Positions 34,202 to 43,853 are shown, counted from the first letter of the stretch. The stretch is 64,000 bases of DNA from Clostridia bacterium (GCA_017456545.1 JAFTJE010000012.1:8829-72828), one strand, 5' to 3'. Made by a program: numbers and translations. The notes: generated from the sequence alone by a model not told the origin.

Positions 34202-34765
34202 TTATCCTCTGATGAAGTCCATTATTATGGGCATCAAGAAGGTCATGCCAAAGGCTATGGCTGCACAGAGAACAAATATAACCGGGAGCCACAGGGTCTT
34301 AAAGCTCTTTGAATATCTTGCCTCTGCCTTCTCTATTCCCTCCTCGGGGATGTAGAATTTGGCATTTGAGTAGTCGTATTTTGTTCTTGTGAACTTATTT
34401 TTTATTTTCTCCCAAAGCCTTTTGAAAAAGCCCTTCTCTGTCTTTTCCTCCTCACTGCTCTTTTTACCATCAATAACGGGAAGAGAGCCTCCGACACAGG
34501 CAATAGTATTTCTTAATACCTTACCCTCACGGAGCATATGACGGTAGATAGCCTTGTTTTTGCCCAATTCATCAAGGGAGAGAGCACTGCTTTCATCCTT
34601 TGCCTTGTTAAGGAGCTCCCTTACAATTGAGCCGCTGATATTCTGCACAAACCAGAAGGCTACAAAGGATAGGAATACGCCAAGTGCAATAGCATAAATT
34701 ACAATATCTGATGTTACGACCCAGCCAAGAAAGGGTGCATCGTCTGTTGCTGAAAATAAAAACAT
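34202..34765 (-). CDS. Hypothetical membrane protein
   Basis: Two TM segments; directly after parB. Confidence 0.7.
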   Translation of the reverse strand: MFLFSATDDAPFLGWVVTSDIVIYAIALGVFLSFVAFWFVQNISGSIVRELLNKAKDESSALSLDELGKNKAIYRHMLREGKVLRNTIACVGGSLPVIDGKKSSEEEKTEKGFFKRLWEKIKNKFTRTKYDYSNAKFYIPEEGIEKAEARYSKSFKTLWLPVIFVLCAAIAFGMTFLMPIIMDFIRG

Positions 34766-34767
34766 AA

Positions 34768-35685
34768 TTACTCCTCGGTTATTTTGTTACCGCAGAGCTT
34801 AACCAGAATGTCCTCAAGATCCTCGTTGTCAATAAACTCGATCTGAACTACACGGCACTTACCTTTATTTTGTATTTTAATTTGTTTACCTGTCAGGGAC
34901 ATGGCTTTTCTCTCTAAGTCCTTGATATAATCAACTACTAAATCGTCGTCGTCGTCGTCGATTTCGTCGGCTGTATTCTGTGCAGACTCGTATATTTTGT
35001 TGAGCTTCTTAACAAGAGCCTCAGTGTCACGAACGGAAAGGGAACGGATGAGTATTTTTTTCGCTGTATCCTCTATAATGCTCTTGTCCTTAAGTCCCAA
35101 TAATGCCCTTGCGTGGCCGGCTGAGATATCTCCCTCCTTAAGAAGCTCCAATACCTCATCGGGAAGGTCCAACAAACGCATAGTGTTGGCAATTGCAGGC
35201 CTGCTCTTGCCTACCTTTACAGATACCTCCTCCTGAGTAAGATTAAACTCCTTCATAAGCGAAGCATAAGCCACAGCCTCCTCATAAGGGTTCAAGTTTT
35301 CACGCTGTACATTCTCGATAATAGCAACCTCAGCCGATTTCATTGCATCTGCTTCCATAACAATAGCGGGAATTTCTGTGAGATTTGCCATCTTTGATGC
35401 TCTCCAACGGCGTTCTCCGGCGATAATCTGGTAAAAACCACCCTCACTCATACGAACAATAATAGGTTGGAGCAATCCGTACTGTGAAATTGAGCTTGCG
35501 AGAGCCTCCAGACTTTCTGTATCAAAATACTTTCTGGGCTGGTCCTCCTTGGGCTCTATTTCTGATATTCTGATTGTTTGAACGCCGTCCTTCTTTGCAG
35601 AAACGGCAACAGCCTTCTCTATAGGGCTATAATTATCGGCAAAAATTGATTCAAGTCCTCTGCCAAGACCTCTTTTTGTAGCCAT
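34768..35685 (-). CDS. parB: Chromosome partitioning protein ParB/Spo0J
   Basis: RGLGRGL N-terminus, QPRKYF, IAGERRWRA, ENVQRENL, KSRPAIAN. Confidence 0.95.
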   Translation of the reverse strand: MATKRGLGRGLESIFADNYSPIEKAVAVSAKKDGVQTIRISEIEPKEDQPRKYFDTESLEALASSISQYGLLQPIIVRMSEGGFYQIIAGERRWRASKMANLTEIPAIVMEADAMKSAEVAIIENVQRENLNPYEEAVAYASLMKEFNLTQEEVSVKVGKSRPAIANTMRLLDLPDEVLELLKEGDISAGHARALLGLKDKSIIEDTAKKILIRSLSVRDTEALVKKLNKIYESAQNTADEIDDDDDDLVVDYIKDLERKAMSLTGKQIKIQNKGKCRVVQIEFIDNEDLEDILVKLCGNKITEE

Positions 35686-35699
35686 ATTTGCTTCTCCTC

Positions 35700-36476
35700 T
35701 TAAAATAATTCCGTTCTTTCGAGTATTTCCTTCGCAACATCCTCGTATTCCAGACTTCCCTTTGAATATCTGGAGTAATAGTATATTGGCTCTCCATAGC
35801 TCGGTGCCTCGCTTAAGGCGACACTGCGAGATATTTTTGTCTTAAAAATCTTTTCGCAGTAGTATTTATTAAGCTCCTCAAACACCTGTGAAGATAGTTT
35901 AAGGCGTGAATTGTACATAGTTATCAGTATACCTACTACTCTCAATCTGGAATTGTAGCTGTTTTTAACTCTTTTTATGGTAGACATAAGCTGAGATAAT
36001 CCTTCAAGAGCATAATATTCGCACTGTATGGGCAAAATTATTCCGTTGCTTGCGGTAAGTGCGTTAATTGTGGTAATACCTAACGACGGTGGACAATCTA
36101 TAATAATGTAGTCAAAATCTCCTCGTCTTTTAAGCTTGTCTATCTGATTTTTCAAGAAATATTCTCTTTCCTTTTCGGACACAAGCTCAAAATCTCCGGC
36201 TGCAAGTGATACATTTGATGCTATAACGGATAAATTATTGTATTTAGTTGGGATAATTGCGTCAAAAATATCGCATTCACCTATTAAAACCTCGTAAGAA
36301 GTCCATTTTGCCGTGCTTTTCATTACTCCGACACCACTCGTAGCACTTCCCTGAGGGTCTAAATCAATTAATAATACTTTTTTCTTTAATACAGCAAGAT
36401 ATGTAGCAATATTTACAGCAGAGGTGGTTTTTCCTACTCCGCCTTTTTGGTTGGCGAACGATATAACATATGCCAT
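35700..36476 (-). CDS. parA: ParA/Soj ATPase
   Basis: [32 protein letters not shown]. Confidence 0.95.
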   Translation of the reverse strand: MAYVISFANQKGGVGKTTSAVNIATYLAVLKKKVLLIDLDPQGSATSGVGVMKSTAKWTSYEVLIGECDIFDAIIPTKYNNLSVIASNVSLAAGDFELVSEKEREYFLKNQIDKLKRRGDFDYIIIDCPPSLGITTINALTASNGIILPIQCEYYALEGLSQLMSTIKRVKNSYNSRLRVVGILITMYNSRLKLSSQVFEELNKYYCEKIFKTKISRSVALSEAPSYGEPIYYYSRYSKGSLEYEDVAKEILERTELF

Positions 36477-36597
36477 GTAAATTTACCAACCTTTTAATAT
36501 ATTTTTAGTTATAAAAAGTATACCATAAGATTTATAATAAATCAATAGTAATTTATGTAAATTCTAATATTTTTGCAAATTCGCCATTTGCGTTTTA

Positions 36598-36721
36598 TGT
36601 TTCATGTGAAACAAATACTTTTTGTGTAAATAGGAATTTATAATGTTTCCCGTGAAACAAAAACTACCTGTGCCGGGAGAGAGTTACTCTCCTTGCTGTA
36701 TATTTTGTTTCCCGTGAAACA
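36598..36721. promoter_or_regulatory. Three parS sites
   Basis: TGTTTCATGTGAAACA 36598-36613; TGTTTCCCGTGAAACA 36644-36659 and 36706-36721. Confidence 0.92.
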
Positions 36722-36771
36722 AATAATAATATGCTATTAAAATATTGTTTAATGCTTGAATTGTTAAATGC

Positions 36772-36823
36772 AAAAATTATTAAGCTAATTAATTGGCTAA
36801 AAAATTATTAAGCTAATTAATTG
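36772..36823. repeat. AT-rich 24-bp direct repeat, two copies
   Basis: AAAAATTATTAAGCTAATTAATTG at 36772 and 36800. Confidence 0.8.
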
Positions 36824-36907
36824 CTATAGCAAAAGGGAAGAGCTTTGAAACAGCAAAAATGCTGCATTGACGAATAATGTCAAATAATGTAATAAAAAAA
36901 CAAAAAG

Positions 36908-37082
36908 TTTTCCACACCCCCTGTCTTCCTTCATAATTAGTTTGCAGTGGATATAATAGATAAATCAACATTTTTGACCTTAAACGGCAAAATAACGCTT
37001 AAAAACAGCTATTTTGGTTGACTATATCTTAAATATCCTTTAATTATCCGGTTGATGAGGGTGTGGAAAACTTTGTTGATAA
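36908..37082. promoter_or_regulatory. Second DnaA-box cluster
   Basis: TTTTCCACA 36908; TGTGGAAAA 37062 and TGTTGATAA 37074, the same variants as in oriC. Confidence 0.6.
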
Positions 37083-37227
37083 CTCAATGAGTTTATTTTT
37101 GAAAATGAAGTTATTGGCTTGCAGATGCTCGTTAAACGGAAAATAAAAGAGTAGAGAAGCTTTGGATGGAAATGTATAAGAGAAGGAAAAGAGTGATATG
37201 TGGTGTTGCCTTTTGTGCTTACCACTG

Positions 37228-37243
37228 TGTTTCACATGAAACA
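37228..37243. promoter_or_regulatory. parS site
   Basis: TGTTTCACATGAAACA. Confidence 0.9.
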
Positions 37244-37245
37244 TT

Positions 37246-38142
37246 TTATGCTGTTGTTTCGTCTTTATTTACTGAACCGTCATTCTTTTGGTTTATTAAT
37301 AAGGAATAATTATTGTCTATCGATTTGTCGCTTGATTTGGGAATCAATATGGTTAGCTCTACAAAATCATCGCTTTCTATTCTTCGCGTTTTAATGTTGA
37401 TGCCGGAGCCCTTTACATTGTTTACAGCTCTGTCTACTGCAATATAAAAGGACTTTATGCTTTTGTAGTGATTTTTTTGCCTTGTTTCCTTGCTTTGCAT
37501 ACCTGAATCCACGGTGCTGTCTATTAATAACTCGCTTTTACTTACATTTAATCCTTGCTCTATAATTGTATTCAGTAGTTTTTCACGCATTGTATGGTCA
37601 AAAACCTTTAGCAATGCTCTTGCATGGCGTTCTGTAAGGTTGTTTTTGAGTATCAGCTCTCTCTCCGAGGGCGTAAGACGGAGAAGACGGAGCTTGTTCG
37701 CTACAAAGGACTGACTATTGCTTAACCTTCTTGCAATTTCCTCTTGCGTCAGATTATATGTATCAATTAGTGTCTCGATTGCCTGTGCTTGCTCAAAAAT
37801 GTTCAAGTCCTCTCGTATCAGATTCTCAATAATTGATATTTCAGCAGATTTTTCTTCATTTATATTCATTATAATACAGGGTACACGGTCCATTCTAAGC
37901 TCTTTAGCTGCTCGTAACCGTCTCTCCCCCGATATAATCTCGTATCCGTCTCCAATCTTACGGACAGTGATAGGCTGTATCATTCCGTATTGTCTTATAC
38001 TGTCTGCCAGCTTTATAATAGCATCGTCAGTAAAAATTCTTCTTGGCTGATTGGGGTTAGGACTTATTTTGCTCACCTCGATGGAGTGGACCTGCTCTCC
38101 CTCCTCCTCTTGGGCTAATGGCTTTTGGTAGTAAATCCTCAT
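37246..38142 (-). CDS. noc: ParB-family protein, nucleoid occlusion (Noc)-like
   Basis: PNPNQPR, SGERRLRA, SQSFVANKLRLL, LTERHARALL; upstream of parA. Confidence 0.75.
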   Translation of the reverse strand: MRIYYQKPLAQEEEGEQVHSIEVSKISPNPNQPRRIFTDDAIIKLADSIRQYGMIQPITVRKIGDGYEIISGERRLRAAKELRMDRVPCIIMNINEEKSAEISIIENLIREDLNIFEQAQAIETLIDTYNLTQEEIARRLSNSQSFVANKLRLLRLTPSERELILKNNLTERHARALLKVFDHTMREKLLNTIIEQGLNVSKSELLIDSTVDSGMQSKETRQKNHYKSIKSFYIAVDRAVNNVKGSGINIKTRRIESDDFVELTILIPKSSDKSIDNNYSLLINQKNDGSVNKDETTA

Positions 38143-38762
38143 TTTTATTCCTCCTTTTTGTATTTACACCCTTATTTTATCATTTCCCGACTGCATTTTC
38201 TGTCCTTTATCGCTGAAGAATAATGGTAAAATATGGTAAAAATGTAATTTACATGTCAATATTGCTTATATATACTTGTATTTAAGGTTACGATGTCGCT
38301 AAAAATATATATATAAAAAAAGAAAAACAGAGGAAAAAAGAATGCTGGATTGTATAAATAGCTACAGAAATGCCCCGGGGCGAAAATACGCTGTTTTTGG
38401 CTTCAAATCCTTCTTGAAGCTAACTGACGGAGTAAATAGAAAAAGTCACACGGGAGGTGCCGTAACGACCCTGAAAACAATAAAAAACGGGACCCTTACA
38501 TGCCAAAAGGTAATGTCGGTTCGACTGTGTGATTTGTGTATAGCAGGTGTTGCAGTGGGTATTATCTTAATTGGATGTAAATGGCTTAAAGGAAAAAAGA
38601 AGGAAAACCGTTAAATCCCACATCTATTATAAGGCTCCAATTTACGGAGCCTTTTTCATTAGTGCCTTTCACGGCATGAAAATAAACCCTTAGTTCTGCT
38701 TAGAGAAAAAGGTGCGAGGAAATACATAAATAAAATCGGATAAGCACCATGCAAGTCCTACA

Positions 38763-38877
38763 AAAGCCTCACCTGTGTAAGTGGAGGAGGCACCCTTGCG
38801 TGACGGAAGTAGTGTAAGCTTATAAGAAGCAATCCCTCAGTCGCTTTGCGACAGCTCCCTTTACACAAAGGAGCCTT
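38763..38877. repeat. REP/MITE-like palindromic element
   Basis: GCCTCACCTGTGTAAG ... CAATCCCTCAGTCGCTTTGCGACAGCTCCCTTTACACAAAGGAGCC imperfect inverted repeat. Confidence 0.55.
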
Positions 38878-39152
38878 AGATTGGTCCGTTTACTGAAGAC
38901 TGTGCGTGTATGCTATGATAGTTTTTCAGTGCCTCTTGAAAGATTAAGCCTGTAATAATACCTTTTGGGGATGTACATATTACCCTTGCACCGGGCAGTT
39001 ACGATTCTATAATAATAAGGAAGAAAGGAAGCAGATTTTTCTGTAAAACAAAAAAGTTGAAAAATTTTTGAAAAAAATTAAAAAAGGTATTGACAAACAG
39101 GAATTCTTCTGCTAATATAGTAATAGGAATTATTACTGATAAGGAGAAGCGT

Positions 39153-39524
39153 ATGAGATTAACCCATCAAAGAGAAGAAATCCTTTCATTCCTTCGGTCT
39201 AAAAGAGCTCATTATAATGCGGTTGAAATCTACGATGCCGTAAGGGAGAGGATTCCGAACATCAGCCTGGGCACAGTTTACAGAAATCTTGGTAAGCTTG
39301 TTGAGGACGGTGAAATTATAACTGTGGAAACCGATAACCGAAGCATATATTATGACGGTTATATAGCTCCACACACCCACTTTGTATGTAAATGCTGCAG
39401 TCAGATATTCGATTTTGAGGAAGAGGGACAAAGCTTCAAATCGATTAGTGACAAGGGCTTTACAATAGATAAGCACCGTACAGTTTTATACGGAACATGT
39501 ACGGAGTGCAATGAAAAAAATTAA
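39153..39524 (+). CDS. Fur-family regulator, probably PerR
   Basis: ISLGTVYRNL, HTHFVCKCC, C-terminal CTEC; upstream of rubrerythrin. Confidence 0.85.
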   Translation: MRLTHQREEILSFLRSKRAHYNAVEIYDAVRERIPNISLGTVYRNLGKLVEDGEIITVETDNRSIYYDGYIAPHTHFVCKCCSQIFDFEEEGQSFKSISDKGFTIDKHRTVLYGTCTECNEKN

Positions 39525-39553
39525 AATTTTAATTACATAAAGGAGAAACTATT

Positions 39554-40099
39554 ATGGCAAAATTTGTATGTTCAGTATGTGGATATGTTCACGAAGGAGA
39601 CAGTGCACCTGAAAGATGCCCTCAGTGCAAGGTTCCCGCTGAAAAGTTTAACAAGCAGGCAGAGGATAAGGTATGGGCTGCAGAGCATGTTGTTGGTGTA
39701 GCTCAGGGCTCCCCCGAGGATATTATGGAGGATCTCCGTGCTAACTACATGGGTGAGTGCACAGAGGTTGGTATGTATCTTGCAATGGCAAGAGTAGCTC
39801 ACAGAGAGGGCTATCCCGAGATCGGTCTCTACTGGGAGAAGGCAGCTTGGGAAGAGGCAGAGCACGCAGCTAAGTTTGCAGAGCTCCTCGGTGAGGTAGT
39901 AACAGACTCCACAAAGAAGAATCTTGAAATGAGAGTTGACGCCGAAAACGGTGCGACAGCAGGTAAGTTTGACCTTGCAAAGAGAGCAAAGGCTCTTAAC
40001 CTTGATGCTATCCATGACACAGTTCACGAAATGGCTCGCGACGAGGCACGCCACGGAAAAGCTTTCGAGGGACTTCTTAAGAGATACTTCAATAAATAA
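39554..40099 (+). CDS. Reverse rubrerythrin (NADH peroxidase)
   Basis: N-terminal CSVCGY...CPQC rubredoxin followed by EAEH/EARH diiron domain. Confidence 0.92.
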   Translation: MAKFVCSVCGYVHEGDSAPERCPQCKVPAEKFNKQAEDKVWAAEHVVGVAQGSPEDIMEDLRANYMGECTEVGMYLAMARVAHREGYPEIGLYWEKAAWEEAEHAAKFAELLGEVVTDSTKKNLEMRVDAENGATAGKFDLAKRAKALNLDAIHDTVHEMARDEARHGKAFEGLLKRYFNK

Positions 40100-40475
40100 T
40101 CAGGACAAAGCCCCCTTCCACGAAAGGAGCCTTCAGACAAGGCATTCGAGGGACTATACTTCAATAAATAATTAGTTAATAATATAGCGAAATCTATAAT
40201 CAGAAACTTCCAAGGCTAAATATAGTCTTTTCATGAAAAATCTCCAAAAAAAGCACCCCAACGGTGAAAAACCGTTGGAGTGTTTTTTATTTTTTGTCTT
40301 TCCATATAAAATGGAAAATAACGAATGCTATACCATAATTCAAAAAAGCTCAAATTGTGGAATTTGTGATTATGGAAAATGTTTATAATGTCAAAACGAA
40401 AATCCAAATAAATATTCCTACCTTGACTTTTCTACAAAATGTGATATAATTAGTTTATAACAAATAAAAAGAGGA

Positions 40476-40847
40476 ATGGCTTTGGACAATTTAACAAAAG
40501 TTGGAACGTACAACGATAAGTTTAACAAAATTTTAAATATAAATATAAGTCAAAAAGATATTTTTGTTTCAGATGGACTAAAAACTCATTTGATTAAAAG
40601 AAATCATTTAGATTGTTTGAAATATATAAACAAACTCCAGGAAATCATAAAAAATCCCGATTATATTGGGGTGAATCCAAATGAATCGGGAGATTCAGTT
40701 GAACTTGTGAAAAAATATTCTGACAATGTTTTAATCGGAATTAAGGTAGATTTATCGTCAAATATTCTATATGTTTCCACAATGTATAATCTGCAAGAGC
40801 AAAAATTACAAAGAAGAATTCATAGTGGAAGACTTGTTAAATTTTAA
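40476..40847 (+). CDS. Small putative BECR-fold (PBECR-like) nuclease
   Basis: GLKTHLIKRNH, IIKNPDYIG, ELVKK, YVSTMY resemble PBECR-type domains as recalled; own promoter (TTGACT 40423, TATAAT 40445). Confidence 0.6.
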   Translation: MALDNLTKVGTYNDKFNKILNINISQKDIFVSDGLKTHLIKRNHLDCLKYINKLQEIIKNPDYIGVNPNESGDSVELVKKYSDNVLIGIKVDLSSNILYVSTMYNLQEQKLQRRIHSGRLVKF

Positions 40848-40875
40848 CCATTTTCCAAAAAGTACACAAATATGG

Positions 40876-40904
40876 TTGACAAATGTTTAAATGTGTGGTA
40901 TACT
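40876..40904 (+). promoter_or_regulatory. Consensus SigA promoter with extended -10
   Basis: TTGACA-17bp-TATACT with TG two bases upstream of the -10; no ORF follows. Confidence 0.8.
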
Positions 40905-40910
40905 ATACAT

Positions 40911-41050
40911 GCAGTAAGAGTATACTGAATAGTGAGTTTGAATGAGGTCGGAAATGGTTCCCGACACACTTCGAAAGAAGTACCTGAGATGATGGATACA
41001 CCGCCCATCCGTTTGAACTTAATAAAAAGCCCTCGTTAGGGCTTTTTATT
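40911..41050 (+). ncRNA. Structured small RNA (four-way junction), possibly the skipping-rope motif
   Basis: Closing stem 40935-40944/41010-41019, three internal hairpins (one with a GAAA tetraloop), own promoter and terminator; motif name from memory only. Confidence 0.7.
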
Positions 41051-41054
41051 TTTT
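41021..41054 (+). terminator. Intrinsic terminator of the small RNA
   Basis: AAAAAGCCCT-CGTT-AGGGCTTTTT. Confidence 0.8.
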
Positions 41055-41063
41055 GTCTAAAAG

Positions 41064-41765
41064 AATACCACGCGATAGTCGCGTGGTTCAATAGAGGTTA
41101 ACCGGTGAGAAAGGAATCCTCCGATATGATATAATGAAAGAGACCTGCCAGTCAAATTCAAAAAACATATCGGAGGATTTATCTATGAAAAAAGAGACCA
41201 TAGACACAAATAGTTTAGCACATACAAAATGGAATTGCAAGTATCACATAGTGTTTGCACCAAAATATAGACGAAAAGTATTTTACGAAGAAAAAAGGTT
41301 AGAAATAAGAGAAATACTACGAAAACTATGCCAATGGAAAGGTGTAGAAATAGTAGAAGGGGAAGTGTGCCCAGATCACATACATATGCTGGTAAGCATC
41401 CCGCCCAAAATGAGCGTTTCGGGATTCATGGGATAGTTTGAAAGGAAAAAGCTCATTGTTGATATTTCAAAAATGGGGGAACATGAAATTTGCATACAGA
41501 AATCGCGAATTTTGGTGTAAGGGATATTACGTAGATACCGTGGGTAAAAACACAAAGGCAATAAAGGAATATATAGCAGATCAAATAACGAAAGATAAGG
41601 AAAGCGACCAGTTAAGTATGTTCGACCCACGGGACCCATTTATGGGTAGTAAGTAGCATATGCATGGCTGGCAGGCCAATTCTTAACGCACTTGTGCGTA
41701 GCCAGTAATGTCTAGGGCTATGCCCGAAACTGAAATACCCCCCGTTTTACGGGGGGATATTTATT
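41064..41765 (+). mobile_element. IS200/IS605-family element (tnpA only)
   Basis: Subterminal hairpins ACCACGCGATAGTCGCGTGGT and CCCCCCGTTTTACGGGGGG around a Y1 transposase. Confidence 0.88.
41185..41656 (+). pseudogene. tnpA: IS200 Y1 (HUH) transposase, frameshifted
   Basis: YHIVFAPKYRR, DHIHML, FWCKGYYV; one extra G near 41436 breaks GFMGYLKGKSS into a TAG stop. Confidence 0.88.
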
Positions 41766-41836
41766 ATGCTATTTTTCAAGGCGATATTCAAAAGATATCA
41801 TTTCCCCAAAACGCCCTTTGGGGAGGACTTGAACTA
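41766..41836 (+). repeat. ~70-bp cassette leader repeat, copy 1
   Basis: ATTCAAAAGATATCATTTCCC..AAACG.CCTTTGGGGAGGACTTGAACTA; second copy at 43735-43805. Confidence 0.85.
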
Positions 41837-41940
41837 AAAAAGCGGTTTTGCAAGTGCTACTTGACAAAATCAAGTGATATATTCTTTATTTTTGCAAGGA
41901 TTTCTGTTATAATCAAATTAAGCAAAAGGAGGCGACTTTT

Positions 41941-42040
41941 ATGACAGTTGGTGAAAAAATACAAGCATATAGAAAGCGACTTGGATGTCGCAAGAAGAGC
42001 TCGGGCAAAAGTTGCTTGTAAGCCGACAGACAATTACTAT
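41941..42040 (+). pseudogene. Truncated, frameshifted XRE-HTH gene start
   Basis: AGGAGG RBS, then MTVGEKIQAYRKRLG and, after a 1-nt shift, SQEELGQKLLVSRQTI. Confidence 0.7.
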
Positions 42041-43147
42041 ATGACAATCGGTCAGAATATCAAACGACTTCGCAGAAATGCGGATATGACACAGGAAGAA
42101 CTCGCCGAAATGCTGTCGATATCCTCTCAGGCAGTCAGCCGTTGGGAAACAGATTCCGCTATGCCGGATATTTCGTTGTTACCCATGATTGCCAATATTT
42201 TTGATGTCACCACAGATTCTCTTCTAGGAGTGGATATATCAAACAAAGAAGCACACATCAAATCAATTATTGAAGAAGCTCGTGAAACAGGAAAAAGCGG
42301 ACGCATAAGCGAAGCTGCTGAAATCATTCGTAATGGAATTGCGAGATATCCAAACAGCTATGAATTGTTATCTGAGCTTCAAGAATATTTGTATATTTTA
42401 AGTAAGCATTCACCTGACAAAGAGAAAGCTGTAATACGGAAAGAGATTATTTCACTTGGCGAAAAAGTTATTGCCAACTGCATGGATAACCAAATAAGAA
42501 ACCGTGTTATGACTACTCTGTGTTACACTTATAATAAAGTCGGAGAAAAGGAAAAAGCTGAAAAAATCGCATTGTCTATGCCAAACATTTATGAATCGGG
42601 AAGTGTTTTGCGCACTCACATCGAAACGGGTGATCGTCAATATGAAGCAAAGCGAGACTTGATCGTTACATTAATATCGATGGCAGTTACAGAGTTATCC
42701 AAACTTAATACAAAATTGGATAACGGTGATTGGGCTTTGTCGGATGACGAACAAATTATCATTTATCAAAAAGCATTATCACTGATTGATGTGTTATGTG
42801 AAGATAATGATTATGGTGAGTATATATTGAATGTTTCTGACTTGTATAGAAATATTGCAGCGGTATTCAGCAGAAAAAACGATATTGCGAAATCATTGGA
42901 ATATCTTAAGAAAGCGGTAACAATTAATGTGTCGTTTGATAATTCCTATAAACCAACACAAGTACACACATCTCTTCTTCTTCGCAATGATATTTACGAC
43001 GACTTTTTCTGGACGGATACAAATAATGCCTCTTTGTCGCTTTTAATTGATATCAACAACAATGAAGATTTCAACGCTGTTAAAAAAGAAGCAGGTTTTG
43101 CCGATTTGTGCAACGAATTAAAAAAAGCAGCCGGAAACCGAAACTGA
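42041..43147 (+). CDS. XRE-HTH regulator with TPR-like helical C-terminus
   Basis: MTIGQNIKRLRR..TQEELAE..QAVSRWE..PDISLL. Confidence 0.85.
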   Translation: MTIGQNIKRLRRNADMTQEELAEMLSISSQAVSRWETDSAMPDISLLPMIANIFDVTTDSLLGVDISNKEAHIKSIIEEARETGKSGRISEAAEIIRNGIARYPNSYELLSELQEYLYILSKHSPDKEKAVIRKEIISLGEKVIANCMDNQIRNRVMTTLCYTYNKVGEKEKAEKIALSMPNIYESGSVLRTHIETGDRQYEAKRDLIVTLISMAVTELSKLNTKLDNGDWALSDDEQIIIYQKALSLIDVLCEDNDYGEYILNVSDLYRNIAAVFSRKNDIAKSLEYLKKAVTINVSFDNSYKPTQVHTSLLLRNDIYDDFFWTDTNNASLSLLIDINNNEDFNAVKKEAGFADLCNELKKAAGNRN

Positions 43148-43405
43148 TATCTTTTTTGGTCTGACTTGCCAAAAAGAAAAGTCGCGCGAGCGGCTTTTTC
43201 TTTTTGTACTTTTCACTATTCTCTTTTCACTCTTCACTTTTCTCTGACTCTCCCGCACGACTTTTCCAGAGAAGAGATAAGAGAGAAGAGAGAAAAGGTA
43301 GCCTTTCTCCCTTTGGTCGAAAAGCATTTTTATTATAAAATCGTGTGCATCTTTTTCGGCACCTCTACTCAAAAAGGAAACCGTCCAAAAGGACGGTTTT
43401 TCTTT

Positions 43406-43668
43406 TTGGTTGTGTGGCAAGCGTCGGCTTGCCACATTCGGTTATAAGTCCGACGAGCGTAGCTCGTTGGGGAAGCACACCGCGCGCATCCTGTGGATGA
43501 AACAGCGCGGCGTGCTTCCCGCAGCGGTCGGATTTTTACGCCGAAGCGACCAGCGTAGGCGAATAAAAATTCGGGTTACCGCAAGGCGGCACAGCGACAC
43601 AGTATAGGAAAACCCAATTAAATTTCGACAATTATATAATTAAATTCAAATCTCGTCTCCACAACCAA
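43406..43668. repeat. GC-rich multi-hairpin non-coding element (MITE-like)
   Basis: Terminal TTGGTTGTG/CACAACCAA inverted repeat enclosing four strong hairpins. Confidence 0.6.
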
Positions 43669-43734
43669 CAATGCGAACCGAAAAAGATATCGGTTCGGAA
43701 AACCCCGAAACCACATCGGTTTCGGGGTTTTGTT

Positions 43735-43805
43735 ATGCCATTTTTTAAGGTGGAATTCAAAAGATATCATTTCCCAAAAACGACCTTTGGGGAGGACTTG
43801 AACTA
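43735..43805 (+). repeat. ~70-bp cassette leader repeat, copy 2
   Basis: Matches 41766-41836. Confidence 0.85.
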
Positions 43806-43853
43806 CTTATCTTGATAAAAACGTAAAATTCTGTTACAATTTATAAAAAGGTA

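Noticed and set aside
37044-37244. ORF starting MFHVKH
   Set aside because: It is the translation of the parS palindrome and runs over DnaA boxes
38342-38614. 90-aa ORF
   Set aside because: No recognisable motif; overlaps a structured non-coding patch
40975-40995. Hammerhead ribozyme core in the small RNA
   Set aside because: CTGAGAT does not fit CUGANGA and the stem order is wrong
40935-41019. Small RNA as a true tRNA gene
   Set aside because: No TTC T-loop, no 7-nt anticodon loop and no CCA end
41657-41765. TnpB/IscB nuclease associated with the IS200
   Set aside because: No ORF of suitable size follows tnpA before the right-end hairpin
41948-42040. N-terminal extension of the 399-aa ORF
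   Set aside because: Out-of-frame read through a truncated XRE remnant; the HTH begins at ATG 42041
43118-43607. Short ORFs in the inter-cassette spacer
   Set aside because: They derive from hairpins and low-complexity repeats
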